A DNA stretch of 61,766 nt, filler included, from Syncephalis fuscata S228 (GCA_025786725.1; 4 parts of 4 records of this genome joined end to end with filler, not necessarily neighbours in it), one strand, 5' to 3'. Positions 48,457 through 61,766 are shown, counted from the whole stretch's first letter. The notes: generated by a model from the sequence alone, not told the origin. Program-made: numbers and translations.

Positions 48457-49378
48457 GGCAAAAATATTGGACTTGTTTTGCTAAAAATAGAACTTAACGA
48501 GTAGCTGATTTTTAATTCTATACTCTATCGTATTCTACTATGCAACATTATATTATTTGGCCTAACTGAATATACAGATATATATTTTTTACTTGTAACA
48601 ATATAATTTAAGACAAAAAATGGCAAATGTAGATTATATCACTATTAAATCAGTAATGATACAAATGGTGTTAATTAACAAGCATTGTGTAGTGGAACTA
48701 ATATATTAACAATATTGATAAGTGGGTAAAAAAATAACTAATTAATATGTAAATCAAAATAGCTAAATAAGGTATTGCACATAAAGAGATTATAAATAGA
48801 CTAGTTAATACCAAATAATTATTAGGTTGCTATATGGTATTGGTATTTTTATAGAAAGACTGTTTTCTAAATACAATGGCTATCTATTAAGTTTTTAGTG
48901 ACGTATAAATAATGTTATCATTGTTTTTTAATAATGCAAACAAAGACACAATAATACTTTAGTAGTAGATAGATAAATAGTATGAGTATGTTGATTACCT
49001 GATATTGTTTATTAGCTATATTTATGAATGTGTATTACGCCCAATCTTTTTAAAAGTTTCTATTAGTTGAGACAAATGTACGAATAGTGTATAAACAATG
49101 CTAATACATTAACTTTATATCTATAAACTAGGGCAATAGGTAAGCAAGAAACGGATTGTATAAGCCAAAAAAACGATAGTTTAATAATTTGCATTGTCTT
49201 TTATTCCTAGTCTATTCGCTTTATATTAATATGTTTTTAAATTTGTTATTTCTATAAATACCCACCGCTTGGTTTAAGTATCACCATAGTCATAATAGCT
49301 GATTTTAGCTAATTCAGTCATAATTGGCTATAAATAACCAACCCAGTAATACTTTTAATGATGCAATGAGTTTACTCA

Positions 49379-49478
49379 NNNNNNNNNNNNNNNNNNNNNN
49401 NNNNNNNNNNNNNNNNNNNNNNTTAATTAATTAANNNNNNNNNNNNNNNNNNNNNNNNNNNNNNNNNNNNNNNNNNNN
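49379..49478. other. Artificial contig linker
   Basis: N44-TTAATTAATTAA-N44. Confidence 0.98.
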
Positions 49479-49517
49479 GTGTCATCTCGACGTCGTTGGT
49501 TAGCATATTGTGCCTGT

Positions 49518-52500
49518 CTATCCTGAGCGTACGATATGTTGTCTTTTTACCGCCTTTTGTATCGCTTCTAGTCGCTGTAAAAACTCCTCAGCTGCTGGTA
49601 CTGTTATATTATCGCTATCAGCTGGCATAGTCGTTGTTATTGGATGACGTCCATATACAGAGAAGAAAGGTGTAATACCAGTAGTAGCGTTAGTACTATT
49701 GTTATAGGCAAATTCTAATGCAGGTAAGTATTTATCCCAATCATCTTGTTGTTGGCTAATAACATGACGTAACATTTCTTCGATGGTTCTGTTGGTTCGC
49801 TCAGTCTGGCCGTCAGTCTGTGGATGATTTGCAGTTGATCTGGCTAATTTAGTACCGGTAAATTCAAATAAGGCTTCCCAGAATCGGCTAGTAAATCGTG
49901 GGTCACGATCAGAGATTATGGATCGTGGAAGACCATGTAGACGATATACATGGTCGAAGTATAGTCGTGCGGTGTCAACAGCTGTGACAGTGTTGGTAGT
50001 AGGCACGAAGTGGGCTTGTTTACTAAAGCGGTCAACTACTACCATTAACGCATCTGCACCTTTTTCAGTGAGTGGTAGATGTGTAATAAAATCCATACTA
50101 ACTGAGTCCCATGCATGTGCAGGTATTTCAAGTGGTTGTAATAAGCCACCTGGTCGTCGATTAGTGGCCTTATTACGTTGGCAAGTATCGCAGGAAGTGA
50201 CATAGCGGTGGACGGTGTTGTGTAGTGATGGCCAGTAAAAATGGCGATGAATAGCCAGGTATGTTTTATCTACACCTAGATGGCCGGCTACGATGGCATC
50301 GTGATGATCGTGTAGTATATCTTGACGTAATTGGTTATTTTTAGGTACACATAATCGATCACCGTTGAAATATAACAATCCATCAGTTAGTCGATACTTG
50401 ACTAACTTGGTACGAAGAGCTGGAAGTGGCGTTGTCGTATTAAGCTGGGCGTATATTTCACCAAAGTCAACATCGTTGGCGTACAAGTTTTTAATTTGAT
50501 CAATATATGTAAAACTGACAGTAGTTAAACTGGACAGTTGTAAATCAGGCCGTCTGGATAATGAATCGGCTACAATATTGTTTTTCCCGGGCTTATATTC
50601 GATCAATACGTCATATTCTTGTAATAGTTCTGACCATCTTGCTTGTCTGGTTGATAAATTCGGTTGACTCTGGAAGTACTGCAAGGTTTTATGGTCAGTA
50701 TACGCGTGAAATGACGATCCATGTAAGTAGTGGCGCCAAATCTTTAAAGCATCTATTAATGCTAATAGTTCTTGTTCATGTACCGGATAATTGCGTTCAG
50801 CGGGCTTCATTTTGCGCGAATGATAAGCAATGGGGTGCCAATGGCCATCACGATCTTGCTGCAACAAGGCAGCACCTACAGCAAAGCCAGAAGCATCGGT
50901 TTCTACACGGAAAGGCTGATGTACGTCGACTATTTGTAATACTGGAGCTTGGGTCATTGTCTTCTTTAGTATATCAAATGATTTTTGAGCTTCAATGGTC
51001 CATAAGAAACGACGATCTTGACATAGTAGATCGGTAAGTGGTGTGGCTATAGCAGAGTAATTTTTAATAAACTTTCTATAGTAGTTGGCCAAGCCTGTAA
51101 AAGCGCGTATATCAGTGACGTTTCGTGGTGTAGGCCAATCAGAAATGGCCTTTATCTTAGCTGGATCAGCTTTTACACCATTAGCACATAGCAAATGGCC
51201 TAAATATTCAACTTCATCCTTAAATAATTCACATTTTGACCATTTGGCGTATAAGTGGTTGTCGCGAAGTATTTGTAATACTTGGCGTAGGTGTCGTTCG
51301 TGGTCTTCTGGTGTTTTACTGTAGATGAGAATATCGTCCAAATAGACAATAACACATTTGTCTAGTAATGGCCTAAATAGATAGTTTACCAGTGTTTGAA
51401 AACTGGATGGTGCATTACTTTGACCAAAACTAACTACTAGCCATTCAAAGTGACCATAGCGGGTGCGAAAGGCCGTCTTGGGTATATCCTCTTCTACTAC
51501 ACGTAGTTGATGATAAGCAGAGCGTAGATCTATCTTAGAAAAGACAGTTGCGCCTAACACTTGGTCGAATAAATCTTCAATCCTTGGCAATGGGTACTTG
51601 TTCTTGATAGTGATTTTATTCAGCGCTCGATAATCAACACACATGCGCATACCACCATCTTTCTTCTTGACGAAAAGAACAGGCGCACCGTAGGGCGATA
51701 TACTAGGACGAATATATCCCGCGTCAAGTAATTCGGTAAGTTGTGTTTTAAGTTCTTTAAGTTCCAGAGGGGACAATCGGTATAAGGCGTTACTGGGTGG
51801 TGTTGCGCCTGGTATCAAATCGATACGATGATCTAATCCATCACGTTTTGGCGGCAATTGTTTCGGTAGTTTGTCGGGAAATACGTCAGCAAAGTCGTTG
51901 CGTAATCCAGTCAATACTGGAGTGATGGATGGGTCATTTGAGTGATTAGCAGCTTCATTTAGCGGATTATCGGCTGGTCGTACAATGGCTAGGTGTAATT
52001 CATCTGTTCGTTTAGCATAGCGTTTAAATTGTAAGGCAGATAATGGCAATATGGTTGGTTGTCTATGTGCATTTGCTTGCCATACAATGTGTCGATTATC
52101 ATGCATAAACGTAACAGTGTTAATTAACCAATCTATCTGTGGATTATAGCGGGCTAGCCACGGTTTACCGAGTATTACGTCGTGTTCTAAAGGAACAACC
52201 AAAAACGATAAACGGTCTTTGTAACCAGTGGAAGTAAGGAGCGCACCAGCCAGTTGGCGGTCACACGTATACGAACGGCCATCTGCCACGTGTACGGTCG
52301 ATGGGTATTTAACTTTATGGGTGTGTGCGCGAATATGTTTCACAAGATTTGCGGATACAAAGTTATCAGCTGCTCCACTATCTATTAGTACCGTAACTTT
52401 TCTACCTAATAAACGAGCATTGATACGTAATAAATCGTGAGCGTGTGGATATTTTGACAATAAACTTTGTTCCTTTAAAAGTGCATCAGTGTCATCAACA

Positions 52501-52664
52501 ACATTAGCATGAGGAAATAATGGCGCAGAAACAAGCAATTCATCATCAGAAGTAAGCGAGAGAAGATCGGGGGTGGCATCAACAGAAATAGTATTTAGTT
52601 GGGCACCAGTAGGTTGTGATGCTGACACTACTGGTGCTGGACTTTTCCCGTATTCAAAGGACAA
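49518..52664 (-). CDS. pol: Pol polyprotein (protease, RT, RNase H, integrase) of element 1
   Basis: [44 protein letters not shown]. Confidence 0.95.
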   Translation of the reverse strand: MSFEYGKSPAPVVSASQPTGAQLNTISVDATPDLLSLTSDDELLVSAPLFPHANVVDDTDALLKEQSLLSKYPHAHDLLRINARLLGRKVTVLIDSGAADNFVSANLVKHIRAHTHKVKYPSTVHVADGRSYTCDRQLAGALLTSTGYKDRLSFLVVPLEHDVILGKPWLARYNPQIDWLINTVTFMHDNRHIVWQANAHRQPTILPLSALQFKRYAKRTDELHLAIVRPADNPLNEAANHSNDPSITPVLTGLRNDFADVFPDKLPKQLPPKRDGLDHRIDLIPGATPPSNALYRLSPLELKELKTQLTELLDAGYIRPSISPYGAPVLFVKKKDGGMRMCVDYRALNKITIKNKYPLPRIEDLFDQVLGATVFSKIDLRSAYHQLRVVEEDIPKTAFRTRYGHFEWLVVSFGQSNAPSSFQTLVNYLFRPLLDKCVIVYLDDILIYSKTPEDHERHLRQVLQILRDNHLYAKWSKCELFKDEVEYLGHLLCANGVKADPAKIKAISDWPTPRNVTDIRAFTGLANYYRKFIKNYSAIATPLTDLLCQDRRFLWTIEAQKSFDILKKTMTQAPVLQIVDVHQPFRVETDASGFAVGAALLQQDRDGHWHPIAYHSRKMKPAERNYPVHEQELLALIDALKIWRHYLHGSSFHAYTDHKTLQYFQSQPNLSTRQARWSELLQEYDVLIEYKPGKNNIVADSLSRRPDLQLSSLTTVSFTYIDQIKNLYANDVDFGEIYAQLNTTTPLPALRTKLVKYRLTDGLLYFNGDRLCVPKNNQLRQDILHDHHDAIVAGHLGVDKTYLAIHRHFYWPSLHNTVHRYVTSCDTCQRNKATNRRPGGLLQPLEIPAHAWDSVSMDFITHLPLTEKGADALMVVVDRFSKQAHFVPTTNTVTAVDTARLYFDHVYRLHGLPRSIISDRDPRFTSRFWEALFEFTGTKLARSTANHPQTDGQTERTNRTIEEMLRHVISQQQDDWDKYLPALEFAYNNSTNATTGITPFFSVYGRHPITTTMPADSDNITVPAAEEFLQRLEAIQKAVKRQHIVRSG
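52576..52649 (-). promoter_or_regulatory. -1 ribosomal frameshift signal of element 1
   Basis: GGGAAAA, 5 nt spacer, 10-bp stem GCACCAGTAG/CTACTGGTGC, loop GCATCA complementary to downstream TGATGC. Confidence 0.8.
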
Positions 52665-53811
52665 AAACGCATGATGTGGCCATATTGGCGACAGCGGAAA
52701 CAGCCGCCGTTTTGTCGTAACGTTTCGCGTTCAGCATCAGTGAGTGGGGTAACCGATTAATGGTGTCTAGTTCCATTGGTATAGGGCCATTTCTTGGTTG
52801 TGTGTTAATCGGAGGGCGAAACTGTTGTTGTTGCGTTGGACGAGGTGTGTTATGGCGAACGTTGTTAGTTGATGATTTGCCAATGTACTTGCGTAACGAA
52901 TCAAAATGAGTAGCCACTTCTATGGCTGATTGTAATGTAGACGGTGTAGCTTTTTGTACTTCGTATTTAACTTCGTGATTCAGTCCATTAATAAACATAA
53001 TACGTAAAGCTAACTGCCACATTTCGGAATCAGGCATAGGAAAAGTGTGCCTTAAATTGTTAAATTCTAACGTATAATCATTGACACTTTTGTTGGCTTG
53101 TCGTAACATGTGAAGACGACTAAAAGCGTCTTCTTCTACCGAAGTACCGGGACAGATGTGTTGGCGTAGTGCGTGAGCAAACGCACTCCAAGTGGTATAT
53201 GGATGACTATAGTCACCGTCAGAGTGAATAGTATTACTCTGCCACCAACTAGAGGCAGTGCCATCTAAATAAGTGGCGGCTACTTCGATGCGTTCAATTT
53301 CATCAGGGATATACCTGACATATTGCCGTGCACGGTACAACCAAGTCTCTACTGAAATATCCTTATCATTGCCGTTGTATCGTGGCGGGGCAGATGGACG
53401 AGCAGTAGGAGGGGCAGTGACAGAAGTAGATGGAATAGCGGCAATAGCAGCGGCAGTATTGGCAGCGGCAGTAACAACAGCATCGGCAGTAGCAGCATTA
53501 TTTTGGGACACAATTTGCGTTACCAAACTTGAAATAAAGTCAGCGTTGGTAACGAAACTTGTGTTAGGCAATTCTGGGTTCATAATGGGTGTTATTTCTT
53601 CTTGAGTATCAGTAGTGTATTCGTTCGTGTGGCTTGTGATCGGTGGTTCGTACTGGGTATCGGTGTATTCGTTCGTGTGGCTTGTGATCGGTGGTTCGTA
53701 CTGGTTATCTGGGTATCGAAAGGTTACTGGTGGATCTTGGATGAGTTCGTCGGCGAAAGATTGACGGGCTTGTTCGTGGTCGAAGTATTTCGCACCACGT
53801 CGTTGGTTCAT
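52628..53811 (-). CDS. gag: Gag of element 1 (one C missing near 52746)
   Basis: [18 protein letters not shown]; adding one C restores the zinc knuckle [14 protein letters not shown]; internal 14-aa duplication [14 protein letters not shown]. Confidence 0.88.
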
Positions 53812-53847
53812 ATCACTGTAAGTCAAGGCAACGAGGTGGATAGGTTT

Positions 53848-53866
53848 AAACTACCCGTTGCTACCA
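53848..53866 (-). promoter_or_regulatory. Primer-binding site (initiator tRNA-Met type)
   Basis: TGGTAGCAACGGGTAGTTT 2 nt inside the LTR; the same 18-mer occurs at 57059-57076. Confidence 0.8.
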
Positions 53867-54205
53867 TATGTAACCGTAGATACAGCGAACTGTTGCGGTT
53901 ACTACGAGTCACAATACAATAATGTATATAAAATAAAAATGAATATTGAAAGTGAACTAATGTCTTTATTTGTGGTCATAATCATACGCGTATTTATATT
54001 GTTCTATTGGATATATGGAATATCTAAGTAGAACAATAAAAGAAAATAAAATAAAATAAAAGAAAATAAAAGATAAAGATAAAACAATACGCGGTGGCGG
54101 AGTGTTAACTTCATCGTGGACCATGTGTGATGATCGGTGTGTTTAAACACCGATCATAATGTCTAAAAATGGTAATAATAAATGAGAGGGAGAATTTTTG
54201 TTACA

Positions 54206-55942
54206 ATAATTCTTTTCGGCTGCCTGTAATATACGTGACATAAATGCAACAGGATGTTCATTATTATCGGTTATTTGTGATAATACTGCACCAATTGCAT
54301 AATCAGATGCATCTGTAGTAACGATAAATGGTGCATTAACATTTGGTATAACCAATACCGGTGCTGTAACTATCGCATTACGTAGTGTGTCAAATGCTGT
54401 TATTTTGATTATCTCCCATGTGAATGGCTCATCATTCTTAGTCAATTGACTTAAATGCCGTGCAGTATCAGCATATCCACGAATAAACCGTCTATAATAG
54501 CCAGTTAATCCGAGGAAAGAGCGCAGTTCTTTCAGATTGTTTGGTATAGGCCAATTTGCAATAGCCATTACTTTATCGTGTAGTGGTCTTATACCCTCGC
54601 CACTAACAATATGTCCCAAAAATTCCACCTCATCTTTACCAAATTCACATTTGCTTAATTTGGCATATAATTTGTTTTCTCTTAGTAATTGTAACACTTG
54701 CCGTAAGTGCCACTCATGTTCGGTATGATTTTTACTAAATATTAAAATATCATCCAAAAATACCACTACACACTTGTCTAGTAATTTATGAAATACATTA
54801 TGCATTAATCGCATAAATACTGACGGTGCATTAGTCAATCCAAATCCCATCACCGTCCACTCATAATGCCCATAGCGCGTTCTAAACGCTGTTTTGTGAA
54901 TATCATCCTCATTTACTCTTATTTGATGATATCCACTTCTCAAATCTATTTTTGAGAATACTTTCGCCCCATGTAACTGATCGAATAATTCATCGATCAG
55001 TGGCAACGCATAACGATCACGAATTGTTTGTGCGTTTAACATTCTGTAATCCACACACATACGTAAATCACCTCCTTTCTTCCGCACAAATAGTACAGGT
55101 GCACCAAATGGTGATGTACTAGGCCTAATAAAGCCTTTTTCTAACAAATCATCGATCTGTTTCTTCAACTCGTCTAACTCTTTCTTTGCCAGATGGTATG
55201 TAGGCCGAAATGGTGGCTGCTGATGTGGCACCAAATTGATACGTATATCAATGTCTCTTTTTGGTGGTAAACCAGGTGGTAATTCTTCTGGTCCAACATC
55301 GGCAAATTCACCCAACAATCGCGCGTAACGGCCATTTAACGATGTATCATTTTTTTCTTTGTTTTCTTTTATCATCGCTAATAAAATCATATCATTGGCT
55401 TCTGTTTGCTCGACTTCTTCTATTGACATGAATGAAGGCTGAATTTTGTCGGTAATTTCTAATGTACTTTTGGGTGCTGAATTACAATTAGAATTAATAA
55501 CACCGGTCTTCCAATCTACTTGCGCTTCATGTTTTCTTAGCCATGGCATACCCAGCACTGCATTATAGTTGCCCAATTTCATAATAGTAAAATCAATTTG
55601 TTCTTTCAGATAATTGAAAATAATAGGCACTTTATTAGCAGTACCAGATACACCGCACTCCATACCATTTCCCAACTTTACATTGGCTGAATTTGCTTGT
55701 TTCGTAACATGTACTTGAGCCCTCTTGGCAAATTCAATATCCATAAAGTTGGTGGATGCACCAGAATCGATTAATACATGGGCTGGAACACCATTGATTT
55801 TGAGTGCTACTGTAATTAAACCGGAGCTAGCGCGACCTTGAATGAGTGTAGACTGCTCAAATCCGGGTGGTATCGGAGTATTAGCGGCAACCTGGCCGTC
55901 AGTAAGTGTGCCGCACTTAATTACTGACGGTTGTCGTTTCCC
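54206..55942 (-). pseudogene. pol: Pol of element 2 (PR, RT, partial RNase H), truncated by insertion
   Basis: [11 protein letters not shown] upstream in frame, FLDDILI, TTDASD. Confidence 0.9.
55884..55942 (-). promoter_or_regulatory. -1 frameshift slippery site and H-type pseudoknot of element 2
   Basis: GGGAAAC, 5 nt spacer, CCGTCAGTAA/TTACTGACGG stem, GCGGCA/TGCCGC second stem; the -1 frame reads into the protease. Confidence 0.85.
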
Positions 55943-56784
55943 TGAATTACGTTGTTGTTTGCTTGGACGTCGACATTTGTTGATTGTAAATCTAAGCTGT
56001 TAGATTGCTGTTGATTGTTGTTATCGCGGTTATTGTAATTACGGTTGTTATTGCGATTACAATTTCTGGCTAGATGGCCACGTTTGTTACATGTGTAACA
56101 TCTAGGCCCGTTATTGTAATTTTTACGGTTATTGTAATTACTGCTGTTGCTATTATTAATAAAACCTAAACTATTTAAAGCTTGGACTATAGTATCTAAA
56201 TCCATTGGTGTTGGGCCGTTATTAGATTTAGTTGGTGGTGGTATTAAGTGTTGTAATCCATGTTTCCTTGAGTAATAGAAAGCACGTGTGGAAGCGTAAG
56301 CTTCGTTGATATTGGTGGGTTTATTATGTATCGAATCGGTTAAGTATTCCGGCGGCAATGTAAGTCGAAATGCCGTAACCAATTCCATGTCAGCGGCATC
56401 TGGAATTCGACTACGCAGTGCTGTGAAATTTGTAATATGTTCTTCAATGTCTTTATCTTCTGTCCAGCGCAATCGTGTGAGTTCCAAACGCGCGATGTCC
56501 GCTGATCGATTGCCACCAAAACGTTCTAAAATTCCGTCCCTTAGTTGTTCCCACGTGCTATATGGCGTATTACCGCCGCGTATCGATTGATACCAAACTG
56601 CCGCTGGTCCCGATAGTTGTTGGGACGCCATTATACGTTTTTGTTCGTCTGTAAATGTACCCAATTCCCATGCGTCTTCTACCATGTTACACCAATGTTC
56701 CACAGGCAAACTGGAATCACCGGTGAACTTTTCGGTGTGTGTGAGTGGTGAGCGGGAATTCGGTGAGAATAAAATCGGTCTCAA
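55921..56784 (-). CDS. gag: Gag of element 2 (start codon unclear)
   Basis: [31 protein letters not shown] knuckle. Confidence 0.88.
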   Translation of the reverse strand: MRPILFSPNSRSPLTHTEKFTGDSSLPVEHWCNMVEDAWELGTFTDEQKRIMASQQLSGPAAVWYQSIRGGNTPYSTWEQLRDGILERFGGNRSADIARLELTRLRWTEDKDIEEHITNFTALRSRIPDAADMELVTAFRLTLPPEYLTDSIHNKPTNINEAYASTRAFYYSRKHGLQHLIPPPTKSNNGPTPMDLDTIVQALNSLGFINNSNSSNYNNRKNYNNGPRCYTCNKRGHLARNCNRNNNRNYNNRDNNNQQQSNSLDLQSTNVDVQANNNVIQGNDNRQ

Positions 56785-56877
56785 CGTGTACTATATACTG
56801 AATCGTAATTTTAAAACAGCGGTGCTTATTTTCAAACACTGATAAGCAAAAATAAAATAAAATTGAAAAGAGGACAA

Positions 56878-57050
56878 TGCGACAAACGCGATATACGGTG
56901 CGACAAACGCAAAATAACGGTGCGACAAACGCAAAATAAACGGTGCGACAAACGCAAAAATAAACGGTGCGACAAACGCAAAAATAACGGTGCGACAAAC
57001 GCAAAATAAACGGTGCGACAAACGCAAAAATAACGGTGCGACAAACGCAA
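56878..57050. repeat. Eight-copy 21-24 bp tandem repeat in the leader of element 2
   Basis: Core (CGG)TGCGACAAACGC with A-tract of variable length. Confidence 0.92.
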
Positions 57051-57248
57051 ATACTAGTAACTACCCGTTGCTACCAATGTAACAACCGTAAAATAGGATA
57101 TAATGGAATAAAGATTATCTTTTATTAAACAGAAATTGTGTGTTATTTATAAGCTTTGCGGAGCTTTAATTTAAGGTGTTGTGGGAAAATAATTGCATAA
57201 TATTTAAATTATACAATTATTTCCCGTAACGAATATAATATCGTTACA

Positions 57249-57420
57249 GGATGTTATTTCTTTTTGTGACAGTAGTATTCGTTGGTGAAACTTGTGATCG
57301 GTTGTTCGTAATGGGTATTGGTGTGTTGAGAAATCACTGGTAGATCTTGGATGAGTTTGTCAGCAAAAGCGGGGCTTGTTCGTGGTTAAAGTATTTAGCA
57401 CCACGACGTTGATTCATATC
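57249..57420 (-). pseudogene. Degenerate gag 5' fragment related to element 1
   Basis: Aligns by eye to 53588-53815 (e.g. GGGCTTGTTCGTGGT..AAGTATTT..GCACCACG). Confidence 0.75.
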
Positions 57421-58129
57421 TGTTGTAGTAAACAGTTGGTTCAATAGGAAACAATTGGATATGAGATAAATGGATAATGATTTTGTTTATGTAGTAAATT
57501 GTTGCTGTATTTATAGCAATGTAAGTGTATGTAGAAAATACTCGTTTCATTGTAATGGAATGTTGTCGAATGTTTATTGATGTCATAGGACATCAAAAAC
57601 ATTGGGAAATCTAGATTTCATATTTTGCTTACTATATTTAGTAATTATGATCGGGAAGATCAGGGTGACGTAATAATCCCAAATGTCATAAATGCTGAGT
57701 TGTGAATCTAAAAATAGAATTTTAACAAAAATAAAGTAGCTGATAATGCCTATTAAAAATACTAAATTATGTGCTCTTTTATAGTAAAATGAGCTAAGAT
57801 TAAGAGGTATTTGTAAAGAAAGAACTTGTTTGTTCCTTCCTTTTAATATTGTATATGGGTATTAAGTTACTTAAAGTAAATTAGTACCCATGTTCTGTAC
57901 TTAATATGTTAGTTGGGGGTACTAGCCGCGTGTTAAGTAAAAGCTACACAAATGTTGTACCTGACTAGATCACGTGACTAGATGCCAAATTAATTATAAT
58001 TACCATATTTGGTAATAGATAAATAATTCAATCATGTGATCAAATTATTATTATTAGTGCCTTCGTAACAATGTGATGGTGGCGTCCACGTCATTTTGAA
58101 CCACAGCGATAGCATATGTGGGGTATAGA

Positions 58130-58800
58130 TTTTTTGCCGTTGTTTTTGGTGCTATACCAAAGACCAATTCGAATGGCGAATAACCAATAGTGTCTTGTCT
58201 TCGACTGTTATATTGGTGGGTGATTTGCGGTAGTAATCGATACCAATGTGTCGTGGATGGTCGATCGGTGGCATATTTAGCTAATAGTTCTTTGAGTTTA
58301 CGATTTGTGCGTTCAACTAGTCCATTAGTTTGAGGGTGATATGGGCTAGATTATGCGTGTGTAATGTCGTGTTTTTCTAGCAATTTTTTTACTGATCCAG
58401 TAAATTCTTTACCATGATCTGTAAGTATTTCAGACGGAATACTGTGACGATTCAAAATTTCTCTTCAATAAACTGAGCAACTCTAGCAGCTGTATTGGCT
58501 CCGATAGCTCTAGTTTTAATCCATTTGGTCAGATAATCGATAGCAACAACAATGTATCGTTTGTTGGTTGAACTACGAGGTAGTGTAATTAAATCAATAC
58601 CGAACCGGTGAAATGGTGCAATAATGGGTATTGGTTTTAATGATTGTACGTGTCGTATTTGCGTCCTTAATTGGCAGTTACAACAGCCTCGAATATATGC
58701 TTGTATATCGCTGTCCATTTATGTCCAAAAATAACGGCGTTTAATTAATTCACACGTACTATGATTGGCAAAGTGTCCTGCTTCATCATGGTGTAGTTGT
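58130..58800 (-). pseudogene. Decayed retroelement integrase
   Basis: HHDEAGH, CCNCQ, PFHRFGIDL, VAIDYLTKW, LTDHGKEF, SPYHPQTNGLVERTN across frameshifts. Confidence 0.85.
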
Positions 58801-61034
58801 AATAGTGTAACTAATATTGTCGCACTTTTAACACTTGGTTTATCGTAACAAGAAAGTTGTTATCATTTTACTTGTTACGCAAACGCTACATGTTACAATT
58901 ATAATCATACATTAATTGTTTTTTGTATGGTTATAATTCTATTATTTCGTACTAATTATTAAATGTAAGCTTAGTCTAACAATCACTGCTAGACTGAGAT
59001 AATCAGAAAAGACTCTAAATTCAGTAATAAAGAGAATAAATTTAAAGTAAAAAATACTTGTACCATTTTGTCGCGATCTGTCCATTCATGTCTTCTAGCA
59101 TCTCGTTCAAATTGTATTAGCCATAAAATTGGATATTCGTTCTGTACTGTTCCTTCAAATGGCAAAATGTTACTGCCTACTTTTAGCGTAATTTGATAAT
59201 TTGATATTAGCGCGTGATAATCGTATTCTTAATTATTAAATATTGCTGGTACTTATTGGCAAGTATATTCCTTTTTTTTACTGAAATGATGGCAAATTAA
59301 TATGTTGATTTAGTGGTGGTTGACTATTGGCGTTTAATACACTTCTTGGGTCGGGAAGTATAAGCTGTGTGTTAGCGGTTGGTCTTAAACCGTAATCTCT
59401 ATTAAAACTAGTAGTCGACTGTTTCTCTTTCCTACTTTTAATAATAAAATACAGTTGTTTATCTACTTTAATAAATAGTGATTCTTTTATCTTTTGTTCC
59501 ATTCCGTCTGCTACCATGTCCTTAATTCCATCTCTACCTAAGTCTACTGCCATTTGACCTAAAAAATGGGCTAGTGATAATACAAATCGTTTCATATCTG
59601 TCTGGTCACCTTTTCGCGCATGGATGCGATTATAGAACTCCATGCTAATATTGATTTGTCTAGGCTGCCTGTGCAGTTCATATTTTGTATGAATAATAGT
59701 ATTCTGCCGCGTAGTGATTCTAACTCTTTTGGGACGTCTTTTATGAAAGCTGAATTATATACTTCTTCGGTGTTATCGTCAGTTAGTTGACTAACAATAA
59801 GTTAAGTGTATTTTATATTTTTGCATTGTCTCGTGTTTGGATGGTCCAAGCGGTGGCCTTTTTAACGCGTCTTTAGTTGGACCATCCATTGTACCATATC
59901 TTGTTCTTTTAGTACCAAGAGATCTTTCGGGATTGATAGAATTGTTTTACTAGTCTGAGTGGGCTTGCTAAATGTTATTATTCTATCCCTGGTAGAATAG
60001 TAACATCATGTAACTATTGGTATCGAAAAGTGTATTTTCAATAATCTAATGGTATTAATTACGTATTTTATGTTATCATATGTGATCTAATTTTTATCTT
60101 TGTTCTTTCCATATCAACCAAACTAGATGTTTATAGAGTACATTAATATAATAATAATAATAATAATGCATTTTTCGCCCCTGAATTTCATTTCATGTCA
60201 ATAGTAATATCAGTCAAAAACAAACATGCAAAATTTAAATAACAATGATATAATAGAGCGACGGATAATAGTTTATTGCAATATAGGCAATGTATATATT
60301 TATATTAAGCATGAGCTACACAAATATTATATATATATTATGCCAAGCAATCTCTAAAAGCTTCATATCTTTGGCTCTATATTTAGATTGCAACTACATT
60401 ACCTGTTATTGCGTAATCTCACGTGCTTTAATTATTTACATTATTAGTACCCTGTTAGCTATTTATTACTTAAATAGTCAGCTATGTATGATACTCGTAT
60501 AGTTTTTATATTGTTCTAAACAAGGCAACTAATTAATAATAAACATTAATATAGTAGAATTCAATAATTTATTAAAAATAACAAACTATGCGTGTATCTA
60601 TATATAGTAAATGATACACAAATGTCTGTTTATGTATATGCTAAGCAATTTCCAAAGCATAAAACTCTTGATTATAAATGATAACCTATGTGTCTTTAAG
60701 GCAAGAACTAACATTATAATTAATTTTTAAACTTCAAATAATAAACAATAGAATTTTGAAGTATCAAAATAGTAATGGCTTTTTCAAATCAATAAATCGT
60801 AAATACACAGAATTGATGTGTAATTTGCATATTAATTTGTTTTTAATACATCAGCTTATCATAATGAATTGTGATTTGGCCAAGTAATTTACCGCAATTT
60901 ATATAAACTCAAATTGTATTTAACACAACAAATATTTAATTGCTGAATATATACTAAATATAGCTATTTACGATTACACAATAGTTATGTGTGACTTAGT
61001 CATGGTTTACTGCATTTTAAAGATATCAGTAATT

Positions 61035-61766
61035 TTAGATAACTTTTAATTTATAATTTATTGACATCAAGTAAAATTCATAAAGGCAGTGATGCCATAG
61101 CTTTTTTAATTTAGAAATATATATAGTTACTAACAGGTATAAGCCGACTAGAATAGCTTGTTGAGTTTCATTTATATGGATATCAGCACTGCGGATATTG
61201 TTTGGATCATTCATTGCTGAGGTGTCGGAGTCATTATTTATAGGTTTTTTTGTAACGTAATTCACAGTATCGTTGATGTAATATACCTAGAAAATGTTAG
61301 CTTGTATAAGTCGCATGAATACTTGCCAGTCAACGGTATAAAATATTCTTGAGAATCTCCTCCAACCTCGAAAACAATAATAAGGCAACAGATTACATTG
61401 CAGAGAACTATCAGGCACATTATCTGAATACCATCACGGGCCAGTTTCCTCCATGCTTCATAGCCATATCTTTGATAGCGTCTATAGGCTACAGTGCTAA
61501 AAATGATTGAAAAAAGTATGTTGCTTGGAACCATTGTGCCGATCCAGTAGAATGGGATAAAGAGATGATAGTAAGAAAGCATCCGGCAGATTTTCCAATA
61601 CAATGTGTGAGTAGTTGTATACAATATAAATAAAGAAAAGCTGTGGCAGAATGCAAATGGTGCCACAAATGGCTACCCAGCGTTGCGATAACAGCACAAG
61701 GTAGGCTTTGTAAAGTACAATATGCTGTTGCAAAAGATTGAAAAGCTTACTGCCGCTACAATATAC
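61035..61766 (-). CDS. 7TM/GPCR-like membrane protein, 5'-truncated by window, frameshifted (3' end approximate)
   Basis: VLYKAYLVL..RW, YWIGTMVPSNILFSIIFS, AWRKLARDGIQIMCL; single-base fixes give VDW|YITSTILVN with a probable GC-AG intron. Confidence 0.65.

Larger units (their letters stand above)
49479..54205 (-). mobile_element. Ty3/Gypsy LTR retrotransposon 1 (3' end lost at contig edge)
   Basis: 5' LTR 53869-54205 (TGTAAC..GTTACA), PBS, gag, and pol in PR-RT-RH-IN order. Confidence 0.95.
54206..57248 (-). mobile_element. Ty3/Gypsy LTR retrotransposon 2, interrupted in RNase H by element 1
   Basis: LTR 57078-57248 (TGTAAC..GTTACA), PBS, gag, pol broken at AAEKNY by the element 1 LTR. 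Confidence 0.93.

Noticed and set aside
56878-57050. CRISPR-like array
   Set aside because: No unique spacers, eukaryotic retroelement context, no cas genes.
59278-59643. 121-aa ORF upstream of the integrase relic
   Set aside because: Possibly a decayed gag, but no diagnostic motif supports a call.

Overview
AT-rich eukaryotic DNA with short (~60 bp) GT-AG introns. The gene content suggests an early-diverging fungus, possibly Zoopagomycota/Zoopagales (inference). The window is four contigs joined by artificial N44-TTAATTAATTAA-N44 linkers (15391-15490, 31439-31538, 49379-49478), so adjacency across linkers is meaningless. Many genes carry single-base homopolymer deletions that look like assembly errors. 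Headline result: a structurally canonical eukaryotic selenocysteine tRNA (anticodon UCA, 9/4 fold) at 7913-7999, unexpected because most fungi lack Sec. Second: a ~6.4 kb contig-terminal array of a ~570 bp unit repeated head-to-head and tail-to-tail with flip/flop loops (31539-37930). Also present: tRNA-Ala(UGC) and tRNA-Thr(AGU) with an identical upstream 14-mer, long foldback palindromes, a duplicated secreted 8-Cys-repeat protein, a stand-alone fungalysin prodomain, a subtilisin, a PLP decarboxylase between inverted repeats, a pseudokinase, SIZ/PIAS, WBP2-like, Nur1-like and mL53 genes, a decayed MULE, and nested Ty3/Gypsy elements with clear -1 frameshift signals.
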